Shown piece by piece: positions 45,511 through 59,900 of a stretch of 64,000 nt of DNA. The position numbers and the translations under genes were made by a program. Location: the NCBI RefSeq assembly GCF_009914755.1, contig NC_060926.1; one strand, 5' to 3'. The DNA comes from the human T2T-CHM13v2.0 reference genome, Homo sapiens. The stretch's first letter is position 1, and the number at the start of each line of letters is the position of its first letter. The notes under the pieces are model-generated. The model was not told where the DNA came from. It saw nothing but the letters and a program-made list of their open reading frames with translations, and searched no databases.

Positions 45511-46299
45511 AAAAGGCATTTAGGTGAGCTGAACCAACCTCCTAAGCACCAAAGTCGTGGGCAGAGACTCTCCAAAAGTAAAGGAAGTCATAGATTTCGT
45601 GAACAGATGGAGAGGTAGCAAATCTAATGCAAAACTGCATATTGATTTAGTTCACTTCCATTGCGCTCTCACAAACTCTTAGTCAGTATTTGGCCATATT
45701 TAAAGATAAAGGACGTGAAGAAAGAGCCCAACATACAACCCTTGCATAAATACTGCAAAGAGAAAAGAGGATAGGGGTACCAGAAAACGCACATGGAGAA
45801 CACATTATGATCTAAGGAAACAAAGTTCAAACAACTCCCTAAAGTTACCAAAACATTATACACAATATTCATTTTATTATTTTTTTTAAAGCTCAAAGAA
45901 GAAACTTGAGAGTTGAAAGACTAGATTAAAGTCAACACAAGGAGATTAAAAACAAGCTGGCAGAACTCAAGAAAGAAACAGAGAAAAGGTAAAGCTATTA
46001 CAGAGATACAAGTACACTAGCAATAAAACAAAGAATGGAACAAAAAGAGCAGCAAAGCCGGGCAGTCCTTCACAAATGAGAGAACTGGCATATTTGTGAA
46101 CTGCTTGAATGACTCCACAGACTGTGTATTCAAGGATGTCATTCACAAAGATCTAATTCCTCACTGGAAGCTTGAGCTCAGACCCAAATGAGCTAGTTCC
46201 CAGGTTAGTCACTGAAGGTACTGGAATAATCCATAAACAGATAGACAAATTAAATGTTTGCAGGGGCACTCATTATGTACCAGACACTTTTCTTATTTG

Positions 46300-47380
46300 A
46301 TCTTTAAAACACAAGGTACATGCTTTTAATAAATTAGTGACTTTAAAAAATCATAAAACAATTCATGGTAAGAGAAAAAGTTGTAATGCAGAGAAAGTAA
46401 AATTCAGGAAATTTAAACAACCATATCCCATCACCCAGCAATAACTACTTTAAAAATCCTTATTATTATTTCCAAAATGTTATGAAAATATAGATTAATA
46501 TTTCTCCCCAAATGCAATTATATTCTATATCCTTTTTTAACCTTATTTTGCTAACAATATATTATGGCCACCTTTTCTTCTGTCATTAAATATTCTATCT
46601 CATTTTAATGCTATAGAGTATTTTATTACATTGAAGTGCCATGATTTACTTGGTTTACTTGGTCTACCACAGTTTACTAAGTACTTGGTAAATATTTGTT
46701 GAATGACTTACTTGAATGAATGCTGAATAGTTAGGTTGTGTTTCTAAATATTTGCTATTACAAACAGCACTGCAGCAAACATCCTTTTAGCTAAATCATT
46801 AACACATCCGTAATTATTTCCTTAAGATCAATCCTCAAGAGTGGAACTGTTTGGTTAAAGAGTATGAGCATCTCTAGAACTTTCAAATAGTTCCCAATAA
46901 GGTTATGCCAATTTACACTTCCACCTACAGTACAGGATAATATACATTTTCTTCCACCCCAGCCTAACCTTGGTATTTAAAACATTTTTTTTTTAATTTG
47001 ATAGGCCAAATATGGACTCTTACTTTGGTATAATTTATAATATTTTGATACTTAGCGAGGTTGAACTTTTCTCACATGCTTATTGGTCATTTATATATCT
47101 TTTATGAATGTGTTTTTATGTCTGTTGCTCATTGAAAATTTTTTTTTGCTTATTGTTTTTATTATTGACTTACAAGTGATCTCTATATTAAAAATATGAA
47201 TCCATTATGTACATATAAAGTTGCCAAACATTTTTCTAATTTGGCATTTTCTTTTAATTTCTTTACATTTTTTGAAGACTGCACAGTCACCTTCATCTTC
47301 CATTTATGTTTCAATGCTTTGATTTTGTGATTACAAAGGCCTTGTCCACCTCTAAAGTTACAGAGCTATTCACTCATGGG
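46300..47380 (-). mobile_element. Ancient L1ME-type fragment
   Basis: AT-rich antisense L1 phrasing (tttgctattacaaacagcactgc, ccaatttacacttccacc, gttgaacttttctcacatgcttattggtcattt). Confidence 0.7.
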
Positions 47381-49050
47381 GGTACTGTCCCTGTTATGCA
47401 GGTAAATAAAATAAAGTTCATAGAGTCTAAAGTCAGACAGCTCATGACTTTTAAGTTTGACTTCAAAACCTTTTGCTTTTCCTGCTAAATCAGGCTGCCT
47501 CCTTTATCCAACAATATTTTGAATTACCCAGTTAGTTCTATTGAGCAGTTGGTTTATATAACTGTGGAAGCTGAGAGGTCATACTGCCAGGGGTAGATTC
47601 CCGATGAGAGTGACTAACAGCTAATCCTAGAAAGTCACACCTAATCTCCTCTGTTCATCTCTGCCATGTCAGCACCTCCCCTGTGTTGACCCTGAGTGCT
47701 CATAACTCAGTACACTTTCCTGCAAAGGTGTCCTTGGAGGAACATGGCTGGCTCTGGATGAGAGTGAGAAATTTCACCTGCTGGTAAATTACCCTGATAA
47801 CACGGAGCCTGCAGAGTGGAAGGACAGCTGCGGCCTTGACCTTCACATGCTCTGTGTAATTCCCACCAGTGCGCCTACTGCCCTTGCAGCTCTCATGCCA
47901 ACCCACCATGCCAAGCTCTGGGCTTTGGACAGGAGGAGTCACTAGAGCTAGGGAATCATTTTCTTCATGCCTTGTTGGACTTGGCTACCTCAAAAGGACA
48001 TCGAATGGGCGGGCGAGAAAGTGGGGCTGTGCCAGGGGCTTTTTGAAAAAAAATACTTAAAGTCTTTGGTCTTTGTGTTCTCTCTAATGGCTTTCCAATC
48101 ATCCATACAAATAATTCTTGTGTGACCCCATGGTCTGGAAATGACATCATAAGCTAGCGACATGTGCAACCTTAGAGTGAAAATTTTTTCTTCCTCTTTT
48201 TTTAATAAACTTCTCTTTGAAAAAAAAAATCCATGATGTCTGTCGTGCCTTCAATAAGCACTAAAATAAATCATAATAGTCTTTCTTTTGTTGTGGCTCA
48301 TTTTCACTATTTACTTTAAAAACTAAAGGGAGGGACTATAGAGTAACTAATTAATAGTCTATCTGAAAGCCGTGTTTCTTGCAACAGAAAATGTGACTTG
48401 TTTTTTGTTGTTTTTTTCCCCTTAAAAATAAATCACTATGGCACCTTCAATAGAGGTTACAAGAATGAAGTCTGCTTTTTATGCCTGATAAAAGTATAAT
48501 GTTTTAATATTTATTCAACCTCCTGACTTTTGGAAGAGGGGTGTTTAACAAAGATTCACCATGCAATTCCAGAGTTAATTACCAGCAATTGTGGAGATTT
48601 TCTTCCAGTCATAAACCACAGGAAGCTCCCCTATCTAGGCATCTTGGGCCTTGGTTATATGGGGAGAGGAACAAACAGGGCCTAAACTAGGGGAGTTGAT
48701 GGATCCTGTGGGTTTGACTAGCAGTAATATAATACATCTTTTACTATCTGTGTCACCTAGCGCCCACCAATCAAGAGACTTGGGAGGCCCAGGGCAACAT
48801 CATTTATTGCCATTCAGTACTGAGGCATTTCAATGTTAATAACTGGTGCTGTCAGACTGGGGCATCTTGGCTGCCCTTGGCCTCTCCCACCATGGTACCC
48901 TCAGCTTGCTCATCAGGGCTACAGATGCTATTTAGTGTGATCAGGTTCGGGCTGCCATTCATGCTCATGGGCTACTGGTTAGGAGATGCAGCAGCACGAA
49001 TTTGTTTTTTGACACCTCCCAGCCACTGCCACCTTTTAAAAAAATTTTTG

Positions 49051-49692
<642 letters not shown>

Positions 49693-51449
49693 CTAAAAGG
49701 CAGGTAAAATAAATATCATGACAACATAGTGAAAGTCTGAGTGCCCTTCCTCTCCAATTGCTGCACCTGGCCTTGGGGAGGAGCAGGGCTCTGAAAAGTG
49801 ACAAATGGATCCTTATTTCTGTATTTCCCTGTCTATAACACCACGCATTTCAATGTCTTCCAGTTAGTTTCCACTCATTAGGGACATGCATATTGTTTTG
49901 TTTTTAAGCTAGTGAGTGTGGAAAGTGACAGAGGTGCCAAGCCTTATGGAAATGCATGAAAAAAACTGTTCAGAATCAAGGTAAAGTTCTGCTGTGATGG
50001 AACAAAGAGAAAGAAATCAAAGGATGTGAAATCCCTGGGGATGGTGGCAGGATGAGAGAGGTCTCCGATTGCCTTTTCCTTTGCCCCAGTCATAGAGACC
50101 ATATTTTTGATATCCAAGCTGCCTCCATGAATAATTCTACTGGCTTTTCAGTTAGAATCTTCTCGACTAGACACTCCCAACTCTGGAGCTGACTTTGTAC
50201 CAGTATCTGGGCAACCCTGGCATGCCCGTCTCTGAAACCAGTACCTTTGCCAACTATATGTTTGGTTCGGATCTTGCATATGGTGTGCACAGCATGCTTG
50301 CGACAGGGTCTGTGAAGACTGAGGCTGGGTACTCCCGTTTGCTCCGGGCAGAATTTGGTTACGAGCAGAGCTGTTTTTTCTCCAAGATGTCTCAATCAGC
50401 AGGGCCTCCACAAACTTTTTTTTTTTTCTAACACCGTCCTCTCATTGCTTGTGTTTGAAGGATCAGACATGTGAGTGATCCTTTCATCCCTTCCAGGGAA
50501 TTTGTGGGGAGCTGAACCAGGACGACAGGATTTGGAACCTGAGAGGGGTTTCTTTTTGTCTGCAATGGCCTATCACCAGTGAAATCCAGTGTGTAGGTTA
50601 ATAAGGCTTAAACTTTAAAGGAAGGTTGAACATCTGATTGACAAGCTAGTGAATAAGAGTCCAGGGGGAAGTTCTGTGCTTGGAAAGTTCCCCGTTTCCT
50701 GAGATGCAGTTGAATTTTAAAGAGGGGTGGTCAGTAGTTAGGCGGAGGCAAACACCTCCGAAAGGTTAACTTGCACCGAAATACCAAATTGCTCTCTAAA
50801 TCGCAGTTTCCAGTTGGTCGGAAGATTGGCAAATTAATTGCCTAAGTTAATTGCTATTTATTGTTTTTGAATCAAAGAGTGTCTAGAACCCCGTCCTCAA
50901 GTCAGAATTATCTGCTGTGAATGCTGAGGCTCTTGCTCCGAGGTGGTCAAAACCAGCCTTATGATGGCGCCAAAATGTGGAGGTTTAATGAGTGTTCTGT
51001 TCTCCGCTGGCCAAGTGTGTATCAATTGTGTGTTACCTTGAGAACCGACAAGATCTAAAATAAGATTATTTCTGCCCTCCTCCCTTTTTCTTCCCCCAAG
51101 TCCAAAACAATATTTATCTTGCAGCTTGGCGTGTTGCAACTTTTGGTATTTGCTTCACAATTCCCTGAACAGCAAAAAGCATCTGAAGGCGAACCCAGAG
51201 ACTTTCCGTCCAGGCATCCAGCAATCATGTGCATGAAACCCGGATCCTTGGCTTCCCACGATGGCATCTTTCACAGTGATGTTCACAATCCCCCCTTAGA
51301 CAGAGGAGAGAGTGCATAGCAACATCAAATAGAGCTAGCTGACCTTTTTGGTTAAAAAATGAAAAAAAAAAAAAAATAGAAGAACGGGTTTTAAAAGAAA
51401 AAGAACAAATCCCAGTCTAACCCAATCATTTTTTATTTTTCTTGAAAAT

Positions 51450-52010
51450 GTTGGTTTCTGTTCATACATATGCATACCTTTACAAAACTCTAATCATGAT
51501 AAATGTGACATTTTGTGTGTTGATTTTTATTCTTAGTATTACACTAGGAATACTTTAAGATTGCTTAAAAATTACTATTTTTGATGGCTTCACAATATCC
51601 ATATATACGGATGGCCAACTTCTGTTTGGGAAATATTTAAAATATTTGCTATTTTCCCAAAGGTAGCTAAATTGTAATAAATTGTATCTTTAATATACAC
51701 TTTCAGAAAAGAAAAAATGTCATAAAAGACATGACTACCTCTGTGATTTTTGTTACGTGCTATTTCCAAAAGGGTTGAGTCAATTTATAATGTCAATACT
51801 AGTATATGTTTACTAGTTTCACCTAATTTTGTCAGCATTGGGGGTTATCAAGTTCTTAAAAATGTTAGTAACTTTTTTTGGTAATGAAATGATATCTCAT
51901 GGGTAACTTTAATTTGCTTTCTTTGATTATTAGTGAGAAAAACATTTTGTCCTTGTGTTGATCAGTTTTCTATATTTCCTCTTAGGAAAAATATTTGTCT
52001 TTACAGATTT
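51450..52010 (-). mobile_element. Ancient L1ME-type fragment
   Basis: gaaatgatatctcat...ttaatttgctttctttgattattagtgag. Confidence 0.6.
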
Positions 52011-53648
52011 TTTTTTTTTAACAAACTAAATTTTTAAAAGAAGTTTGGAGTCGACTGTACACAGGGCAATTGGAATAGCCTTTTCTATCCAAGCCTTTGC
52101 TACAGTAGTAGTTGTTTTTGAGTGTGTTCACAGAACAAAGCACAAGTAAACCCATTTCTAGGTACATTCAAGAGATTGATTTGGGGGCCTTGTTTCCAGG
52201 GTCCTGGAAGAGCAGATTTGCCAAGTAAGCATTTCAAGGCACATAATATTAATACTTAGAGAAAGCATTTGATTGACATGGGGTTCATCTATGCTCACAT
52301 AGAAGCATGAGGAGGTTGCACGACCTTTACATGTTACAGATTGGTTTAGATGTTTATCCGTGAGAAGGCTCTGAATCCTACAACTCGAAGAAACTTAGAA
52401 GTCTTCTAGTGACCAGAGGTGACCAATAGGTTTCATCTCCCAAGACAACTTTGCTGGATTGAGCAGTTGCCTGGAATTTGGTGTTGAAGAATACTCTGAG
52501 GCCAACATCTCAAAGCCAGTGGAAAAGAATAGAGAGGTGAATTGGCCATTATCCCCAGAGGCCTCAGCAGGGGAAGCATACATGCATGCTGGTCATCGCC
52601 ACCTCTGATCTCTCATTTGTAGGTGAGAGAGTCACGCTCTCATTTTATAGATGAAAAAAGAGGAAAGGGGAATGGCTTGCTTACACATATGCCAGCGTGG
52701 AGTGCCAGAGTTATCCCAAGATGCAAATCTCCTGGCTCTTTCCACACTTCCAGTTCCTCCCTGTATCTTCGTGGTTGCTTCCTGACTCTGAGTCTAAAGG
52801 AGGGGTGTGCAAGGGGCTGTGGTGAGGTCACATCAAAGACATATTTCAAATCCATGAGCTGCAATCTTGTGACTGCCATTTCTTTGGAGCTGCAGTCAAA
52901 CCAGGCCAGTGCTCTGGGCTATCTAGTCTTCTCAGAGTCCCTCCTGCCTGAGGACAGGGCTGTGCCTGCACCCTGGTGTTCAGATGTGCAGAGTTTTGCT
53001 CTGTCTCTGTGTCTCAACCTACTGCTTTACAAAAACCAAGATGAGATGGAGGAAAACCTCCTAGAGACAGATGAGGCTCCTAGCCAAACATCCAAACCCC
53101 ACAGGCTTATACTGCCCAGCACTTGGATATTTGGAAACCTCCGGATGCTGGAACTTTCTTGCTTTCACTTGGATACTTTAAAGGAAAAGCACGGGAATGG
53201 GTTAAATGGTACCAACGTGTAAAAATCATGTGTTTTCTAATAAATTAGTTACTAATTGATCAATCAATTAATTCAGTTAATCAATCACAGACTGTTGAGC
53301 AATAAATAATACTGTTAACATTAATAGTTATTACTTTATGGAACTTATCATTTACAAGGCACTTTATACTTGTGATTGCACTTATATCCCACAATGCCTG
53401 CATGATGCATCTTACTATGCACAATTTAGAGGTGGAAGCTGGAAACCAGGAAGGATAGTTGGAGCTTATGACCCAAATTCTATGTTCCTGAAATTTGAAG
53501 TTTATTAATTCATGAAATCTCATAAACATTTAATATTAACTGTATGCCAGACACTCTGTTAAGCCTGGGAGAAAAAGAGGTAAAAAAATAGATAATCATT
53601 GTCATTAAGAGGCTTAAAGTCTAGCAAGGGAGACGCATTGAAAATTTA

Positions 53649-53977
<329 letters not shown>

Positions 53978-53997
53978 TTAATTGTGTGGTAAATCCC

Positions 53998-54146
53998 ATG
54001 TGGTTGATCCCATCACTCAAGTACTGAGCATAGTACCTGATAGGTAGTTTTTCAACCCTTGTCCCCAAACCATACAATATACCCAGGTAACAAACTGCAT
54101 ATGTACTCCCCGAATCGAAAATGAAAGTTGAGATTATTTTAAAAAA
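53998..54146 (+). mobile_element. Very short 5'-inverted (twin-primed) L1 3' end, older L1PA/L1PB class
   Basis: 53998-54062 is the antisense of AGGGTTGAAAAACTACCTATCAGGTACTATGCTCAGTAC...GGGATCAA; 54063-54146 is sense CCCCAAACC..CAATATACCCAGGTAACAAAC..AAAGTTG plus A tail. Confidence 0.8.
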
Positions 54147-54193
54147 TTAAGTTGTGAAATAATAAGTAAGTCGTGATCCTATTTGGTCTTTAG

Positions 54194-54488
54194 TTTTGTT
54201 TTGTTTTGAGACTTGACTCACTTTGTTGCCCGGGTTAGAATGCAGTAGCACAATCACGGCTCACTGCAGCCTTGACCTCCTGTGCTTAATTGATCCTCCC
54301 ACCTCAGCCTCCTGAGTAGCTGGGACTACAAGCATGCACCACCTTGCCCGGCTAAGTTTTATATTTTTTTGTAGAGATGGGGTTTCATCATGTTTCCCAG
54401 GCTGGCGTTAAACTCCTGGACTCAAGCGATCCACTCGTCCTGGCATCACAAAGTGCTGAGATTACAGGCGTGAGCCACCATGCCCGAT
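54194..54488 (-). mobile_element. AluJ
   Basis: Antisense dimer; flanking tttggtctt repeat. Confidence 0.93.
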
Positions 54489-54516
54489 CTTGTTTGGTCT
54501 TAAAAAAAAAAAAGTG

Positions 54517-54823
54517 CAGTAGACCTTCCCTGGGTGCTGCATCCATGAATCCAACCAACCACAGATAGAAAATATTAGAAAAAAAAAAAACAATAAGACC
54601 ACAAATAAAACAAATAAAAAATATAGTATGACAACTATTTATATAGCATTTACAACGTTTTAGGTATTATAAGTAATCTAGAGATGACAAAGTACAGGGG
54701 AGCATTGCGTTAGTTTCTTTGCAAATGTTATGCCACTTTCTATCTGGGACTTGAGCATCTTTGGATTTGGGTATCTGCTGGGGGTCATAGAACCCATCTC
54801 TCAAGGATACGGGGGGACCACTG
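54517..54823. mobile_element. MER2-like Tigger MITE
   Basis: cagt...actg-TA ends; ttaggtattataagtaatctagagatga and gggacttgagcatc motifs. Confidence 0.85.
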
Positions 54824-56148
54824 TATAGCAGAAAATAAGGCACAGGGTGTGGAAGAGTCAAGGAGGAACTCCTGACCCAGAATGGGCAGTCTGGGATGCC
54901 TCCCATTAGAGGTGACTCTTTCAGAATGAGTCTTTAAAGATGAAGAGAGAATATTAGGCAGCCAGCAAAAAGGTGTGAATATTGAATAATCAAAATTTAT
55001 AACCTCCAGCCTTATCTCTTGGCTTAAAAGTTTAAAGTGAAATCCTGTTATCTATTTTCCAGTGAGCTGAGAATATGTCTTAAGATTTCAGGAAAAAAAA
55101 AAACTCTGATCATCATTTGCTTTAAAGATTTTAGCCAAGTATGTGAGAAGTAAGTGCTTAACAGAGGCCATCAAACCCACCGATGAGCTAAAAACAGGCA
55201 TTGGAAGAAGCAGATGTTCAGGGGTTAGGGAGTGAAGTCAGGGAATTAATGGCTATTGAATTAAACAGGATGGAAATAATTTCAGATTGAAACTGAATTA
55301 CTGCTTCTCAGGCAGAGTTAGGCAGAGCAAGAAGGCTCACTCCTGCAGAGAAGCAACACATGTTTGGTTTGATGAGAGGGATTATCAATCAAATATAGAG
55401 AAGGATAATAGATCAGCGTATCATTATTATCTTTAGGGAAACTGATGTATCATATAAATTGATTTTTCAGATAACAAAAGTGCAAATATTATCTATGTTT
55501 TAAGATTTTTAATAGAAGTTATTCTAAGAATCAATAACACACATCCTCTCCACGTGCCATCCCTTATTAGACATGTTAACTTGGGGGAGTTGTTTGACTT
55601 CTCTCTGCCACAGTTTCACTCCCTGGAACTGATAATCATCCCTACCTCTAAGGGTTATTTTGAATATGAAATAAGTTAATGCAAGTAGAACAAAGCCTGG
55701 CTTATAGCAAGCAGTTAACACATGTAGATGTTATCACAATCATCATTATACACAATAAGCAAGATAATTAAACCAAGTTTACCATTTTCTAGGGGATTTT
55801 ACTTTTGGAAGGAAAAAACGAGAGTCTGTTAACCTTCCTGGGTCTTAATCTGTTCACTGAACAATGAAAGTTTGGACTTGAGAAACTCAAAGGACCCTCA
55901 TTAGCCTGGACATGCCATGTGCCACACCTGCCTGGTAGTTGTCACACACATCAATTATTTCACTGGGCTGCTGTATACTGTTACTGTTATCTTTGTGGTG
56001 GTGGTGTGTGGGTATGTGAGTGTGGAGGGGGTCTTACCTCTTGCCCTGGTGCTAAATGGCTCCAGAGTGCTATCTCCATAGCTGGTGTTTCACCTCCCTC
56101 CTTTCTGAATGTTGGCTGGCCTTCTTGGTGGTTATGTTCTTGGGACAT

Positions 56149-56977
56149 TGTAAAATATCTATTTTGTCTTCATCCAGTTTCCTGGCCTAAAAGTCCTAAA
56201 ATCCTTCGACTCTCCAAAGTGATAGTGTCTTTTTGTATGCTAATAAGTTGATTGGTGGTGGCAGCCCCTAGGTAGCTTCAGGATAGAGGTTGGTTACTGG
56301 TAAGACCAAGGCAGGATTAGAGCGTTGGGACTTTCAGTCACACCCCCCAACCACCAGGGAAGGGAGAGAGACTAAAGATTCATTGGCTGATGGCCAATGG
56401 TTTAATCAATCTAGACTACACAATTCAGGCCTCCATAAGAACCCAAAACGATTGGGTTTTGAGAACTTCCTGATAGCTGATAGGAGGTCTCTTAGAGGTG
56501 ATGTGTCTAGGGAGGGCATGGAAGCTCCCAGTTCCTTCCCGTACCTCACCCTATCTGTGTCTTCACCTGTATCTTTATATTACACCAGCATATATAAGTA
56601 AGTGTTTCTCTGAGTTCTGTGCTCTAGCAAATTAATTGAAGAAGAGGAAGGGGTGGGAGTCTCAATTATAGCCAGTCAGTCAGAAGTACAGGTCACAACG
56701 TGAGTCTTACCTGAGTCTTACAATTTTCATTGGAAGTGGGGGATAGTCTTGTGAGACTGAGCCCTCAAGCTGTGAGATCTGATGCTATCTCCAGGTAAAC
56801 AGAGTCAGGATTGAACTGAGTTAGAGGACACCTGACTGGCGTCTGCTGCACAATTGATTGATTGGTTGCTGGTGGGGAGAAATCTCCACACACTTGGTGT
56901 CCAGAGGAGAAATATTCTGTGTTGATTGTTGGGTGAAACAATAGAAAAAAAACTTTGATTTTCTCAATATCCTTACA
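56149..56977 (+). mobile_element. MER21-family solo LTR
   Basis: TG...CA ends; tttttgtatgctaat, agaccaaggcaggattagag, gtcttgtgagactgagccctcaa motifs. Confidence 0.8.
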
Positions 56978-59900
56978 ATACTACTCCCTTCCCCATTTTA
57001 CTTTTGCCCTTTCTGTAGACGTCATATGGCTTTTAACATCTGGTCCACTATAATTTACTAGAGACTTGGATATTATTGCAAAATCAAATATCAATTACAT
57101 AAAAGCTTATTCAATGGTGTGTATGTGCATAAATATATATTCAGTGGTATCTTAAAGCACTATATGCAAGAAAGAGGGAGTTCTATGGATGAAGGGGTTC
57201 TTCAACCCTAATGAAGGATAAGAGACTGAGGATGGATGGTTTGATGAGATTTGAGGATGAAGATCTAGGAGGACCATAGCAAGCTAAGAGAGCATTCAAA
57301 ACCTTCTTGGGGAGTAGTGACAAATTTGAGATTAGTGATTACAAACAGACTGTCAGAGTTGTTGAATCTTTGTAACTTCTTCACATTGGTTATTTTTGTT
57401 AGTTATGGTTTGTACAGTGGGGCTTAATTATTTAATTATTATTTTAAATTATTTCAGGTTAAAATTTTAAATAATTATTATTGTTTTAGCTACAGTTGGT
57501 TGAGTACCTACCATGTGTGAAAAGCTCTGCTCAGATGATACCCAATCATTACAGCAGTTCTATGAAAGAGGCACTCTTAACACTCCTGCCCTCCCATGTT
57601 ATACACAAGGAAACTGACTCAGAGCAATCAAGTTACTTGCCCAGTACCTGCGGGAGTTCAAAAGCAAACCCAGGTTCTACTGACAACTAAGCTAACGATT
57701 TTTTCCTATGCCAGGCATCCTTTAATATTCTCCCAAAAGACAAGGATTCCATGGGCTTTTTGGAGACATTGGGAAACATGGAATTGGTGAGATGGCCTTA
57801 TCTACAGCCATTCTTGGGGGATAAATGGATATGAACACCAGGGAACAGAGTGAGAAAGAGTAGAGATAGCACTTAATAAAAGCAACAAGAGCAAGGGTAA
57901 ATCCTTAGGGAAGGTCTATTGAGGACTAACCAGTAAGAAGTTTCTGGGGTGCCTGAATATTTTCAACCCCATAGATTCAGAAGACAATGCCAGCTGTCCA
58001 TGGGATTACAGGTGCAGCAGTCTTGTGACCCCTCCCACTGCGGTTGTGCTTGGTGTGAGCAGGTTGCCAAGAATTTGGATGCTGATGTTCTAGCCATGAC
58101 TTTGTTTCAAAAGGCAGAAAGCTGTATGAGCACAGGTAAAATAGTGGAATCCAGACTGTGCTGGTCAAGTTGGAAAGCCTAACCTGCATGTGCGCCAGGT
58201 GAGTCCTGGGGGTCCATGCTCCAAAACATCTGGTGCCAGGAGGAGCCAGGAGGGGCTGCTCAAGCCAAAGATGTCAGAGTTGAGTCTTCGGCTTCTGTTT
58301 GTAATTAATATTTGGCATCTCCTCTCTTCACCCTCCTCCTCGCCTCTCTCTTCCTCTCCTTTCCCTTTCCCTTCCCTTCCTTCTCCAAATATTTATTGGG
58401 CACCTTTTCTGCACATGACCCTACACTTATGATATGACACAGGATTCCTAACTTTGAAGGTCTTGTAGTCTCATTGGGGAGGCAGAATCAATTCACAGTT
58501 GGTGCCATTAGAGCTATAAAAAAGGGGACAAGTCACTGTGGGAACACCGAGGAGGAAGCTCCAATCTACCTCAAGGTGGTACTGAGCTGAGTGTCAAGGC
58601 ATTAATTGTTTGGACTTAGCAAGAAGCAAATGGGGAAGGGAGAGTGTCCAGGCAAAGAGAAGACTGTGGGCCAAAGCACACAGGCAGAAAACATGAAACC
58701 TTTCAGAAACTACAGAAGTTCATTATAAGAGGTCTAGAGGGGTTGAGAGCCATATCAGTGGGAGAGGTCATGGTTAGGTCCAGATTATGGAAAGAGCTGG
58801 ACCCTGTATTATAGACCCTATAGACAATGGAGAACCACTTAAGCAATGGGTTTATGGCATTTGATTGTCTGGAAAGATCACTGGAGCTATTTCTCTGGAA
58901 GTTACATTGGAGGGTGGAAGTCCAAGGGAGGGAGAGCAGCTTGTAGGGTGGGAGCATTCTGGCGTGTCTCCTGGTCTATGGAATCCTTTTGAGTAGATTC
59001 AGGCACCACTTGGAGTAATTACAGAGCCCAGGAAGTGAAAATATGGCCAAAAACATAAAAATCATTTTGTGGGACTTTACTTTTAAGAGCAGGCATCTTG
59101 GCAAAACAGGCAACCTCAAGAAATATCAGCACAAAGATTTTCAGGGACTTGAGTTGTTGCAAAAGTTGCAGTTCACAAAGAGCAGTTTTAAAAAATGTAT
59201 GGCCTCTCTTTCTCTTAAATGCCTCAGAACCTCCAGAGAGAACCCAGCAGGTTGGAAACTGGAGGCCTAGAGACAACTGATGACACCAAGCCAGGCAGCA
59301 ACATACAAAGCCTACTTTTCCCAGGACTTCCACTTTTATAATTAGTTCCCCCTTTTGCTAAAGCAATTACCCACTTAACTGCTCCAATGAGAACTTAGAC
59401 CATTGTCAGCTCCCGGGGTGAAAAAGTAATTTACTTTCCTCTGCAGATCATGGGCACGCTAGTTCTTTGTTCAGACGGTTTCTATTTGCTGTATGCCTAC
59501 TGTGTGGCTAGGTGCTTTGCACACTTCATTTCACTACATTGTCATAGGAACCCCCCCAACATTGTAGTATCATCCTTATTTTACATATTAGGAAACAGAT
59601 TACTCAGATGAAATTGCAAGCTGACAGAGATAGCAAGTTGTGGAACCAGAACTGAACCCAGTATGTGAGGCTTCAGCGTCACTCCTAGGTCAGGAGGCCT
59701 CCGCACGGCACGTGCCTACTGGGAGACGCAGAAACACACTGAAGTTAAGAGTCTGGATTTTAGAGTCAGATTTTCCTGTACTGAATTCTGGTTTTGCTCT
59801 GGGCTCATTGGGGAATTTGCCCAAGGGCTCATAGGTTGAAGCTTAAAGAAATGGAAGGATGCAGCTAAAGCACTTTGCACAGGGCCTGGCCCAAACAACT

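Noticed and set aside
50200-50240. Minus-strand peptide GHARVAQILVQ resembling an ankyrin-repeat helix
   Set aside because: Lacks the preceding TPLH motif and neighbouring repeats; compatible with chance
52623-53222. 199-aa ORF
   Set aside because: GTG start in MIR-like sequence, no domain or exon structure
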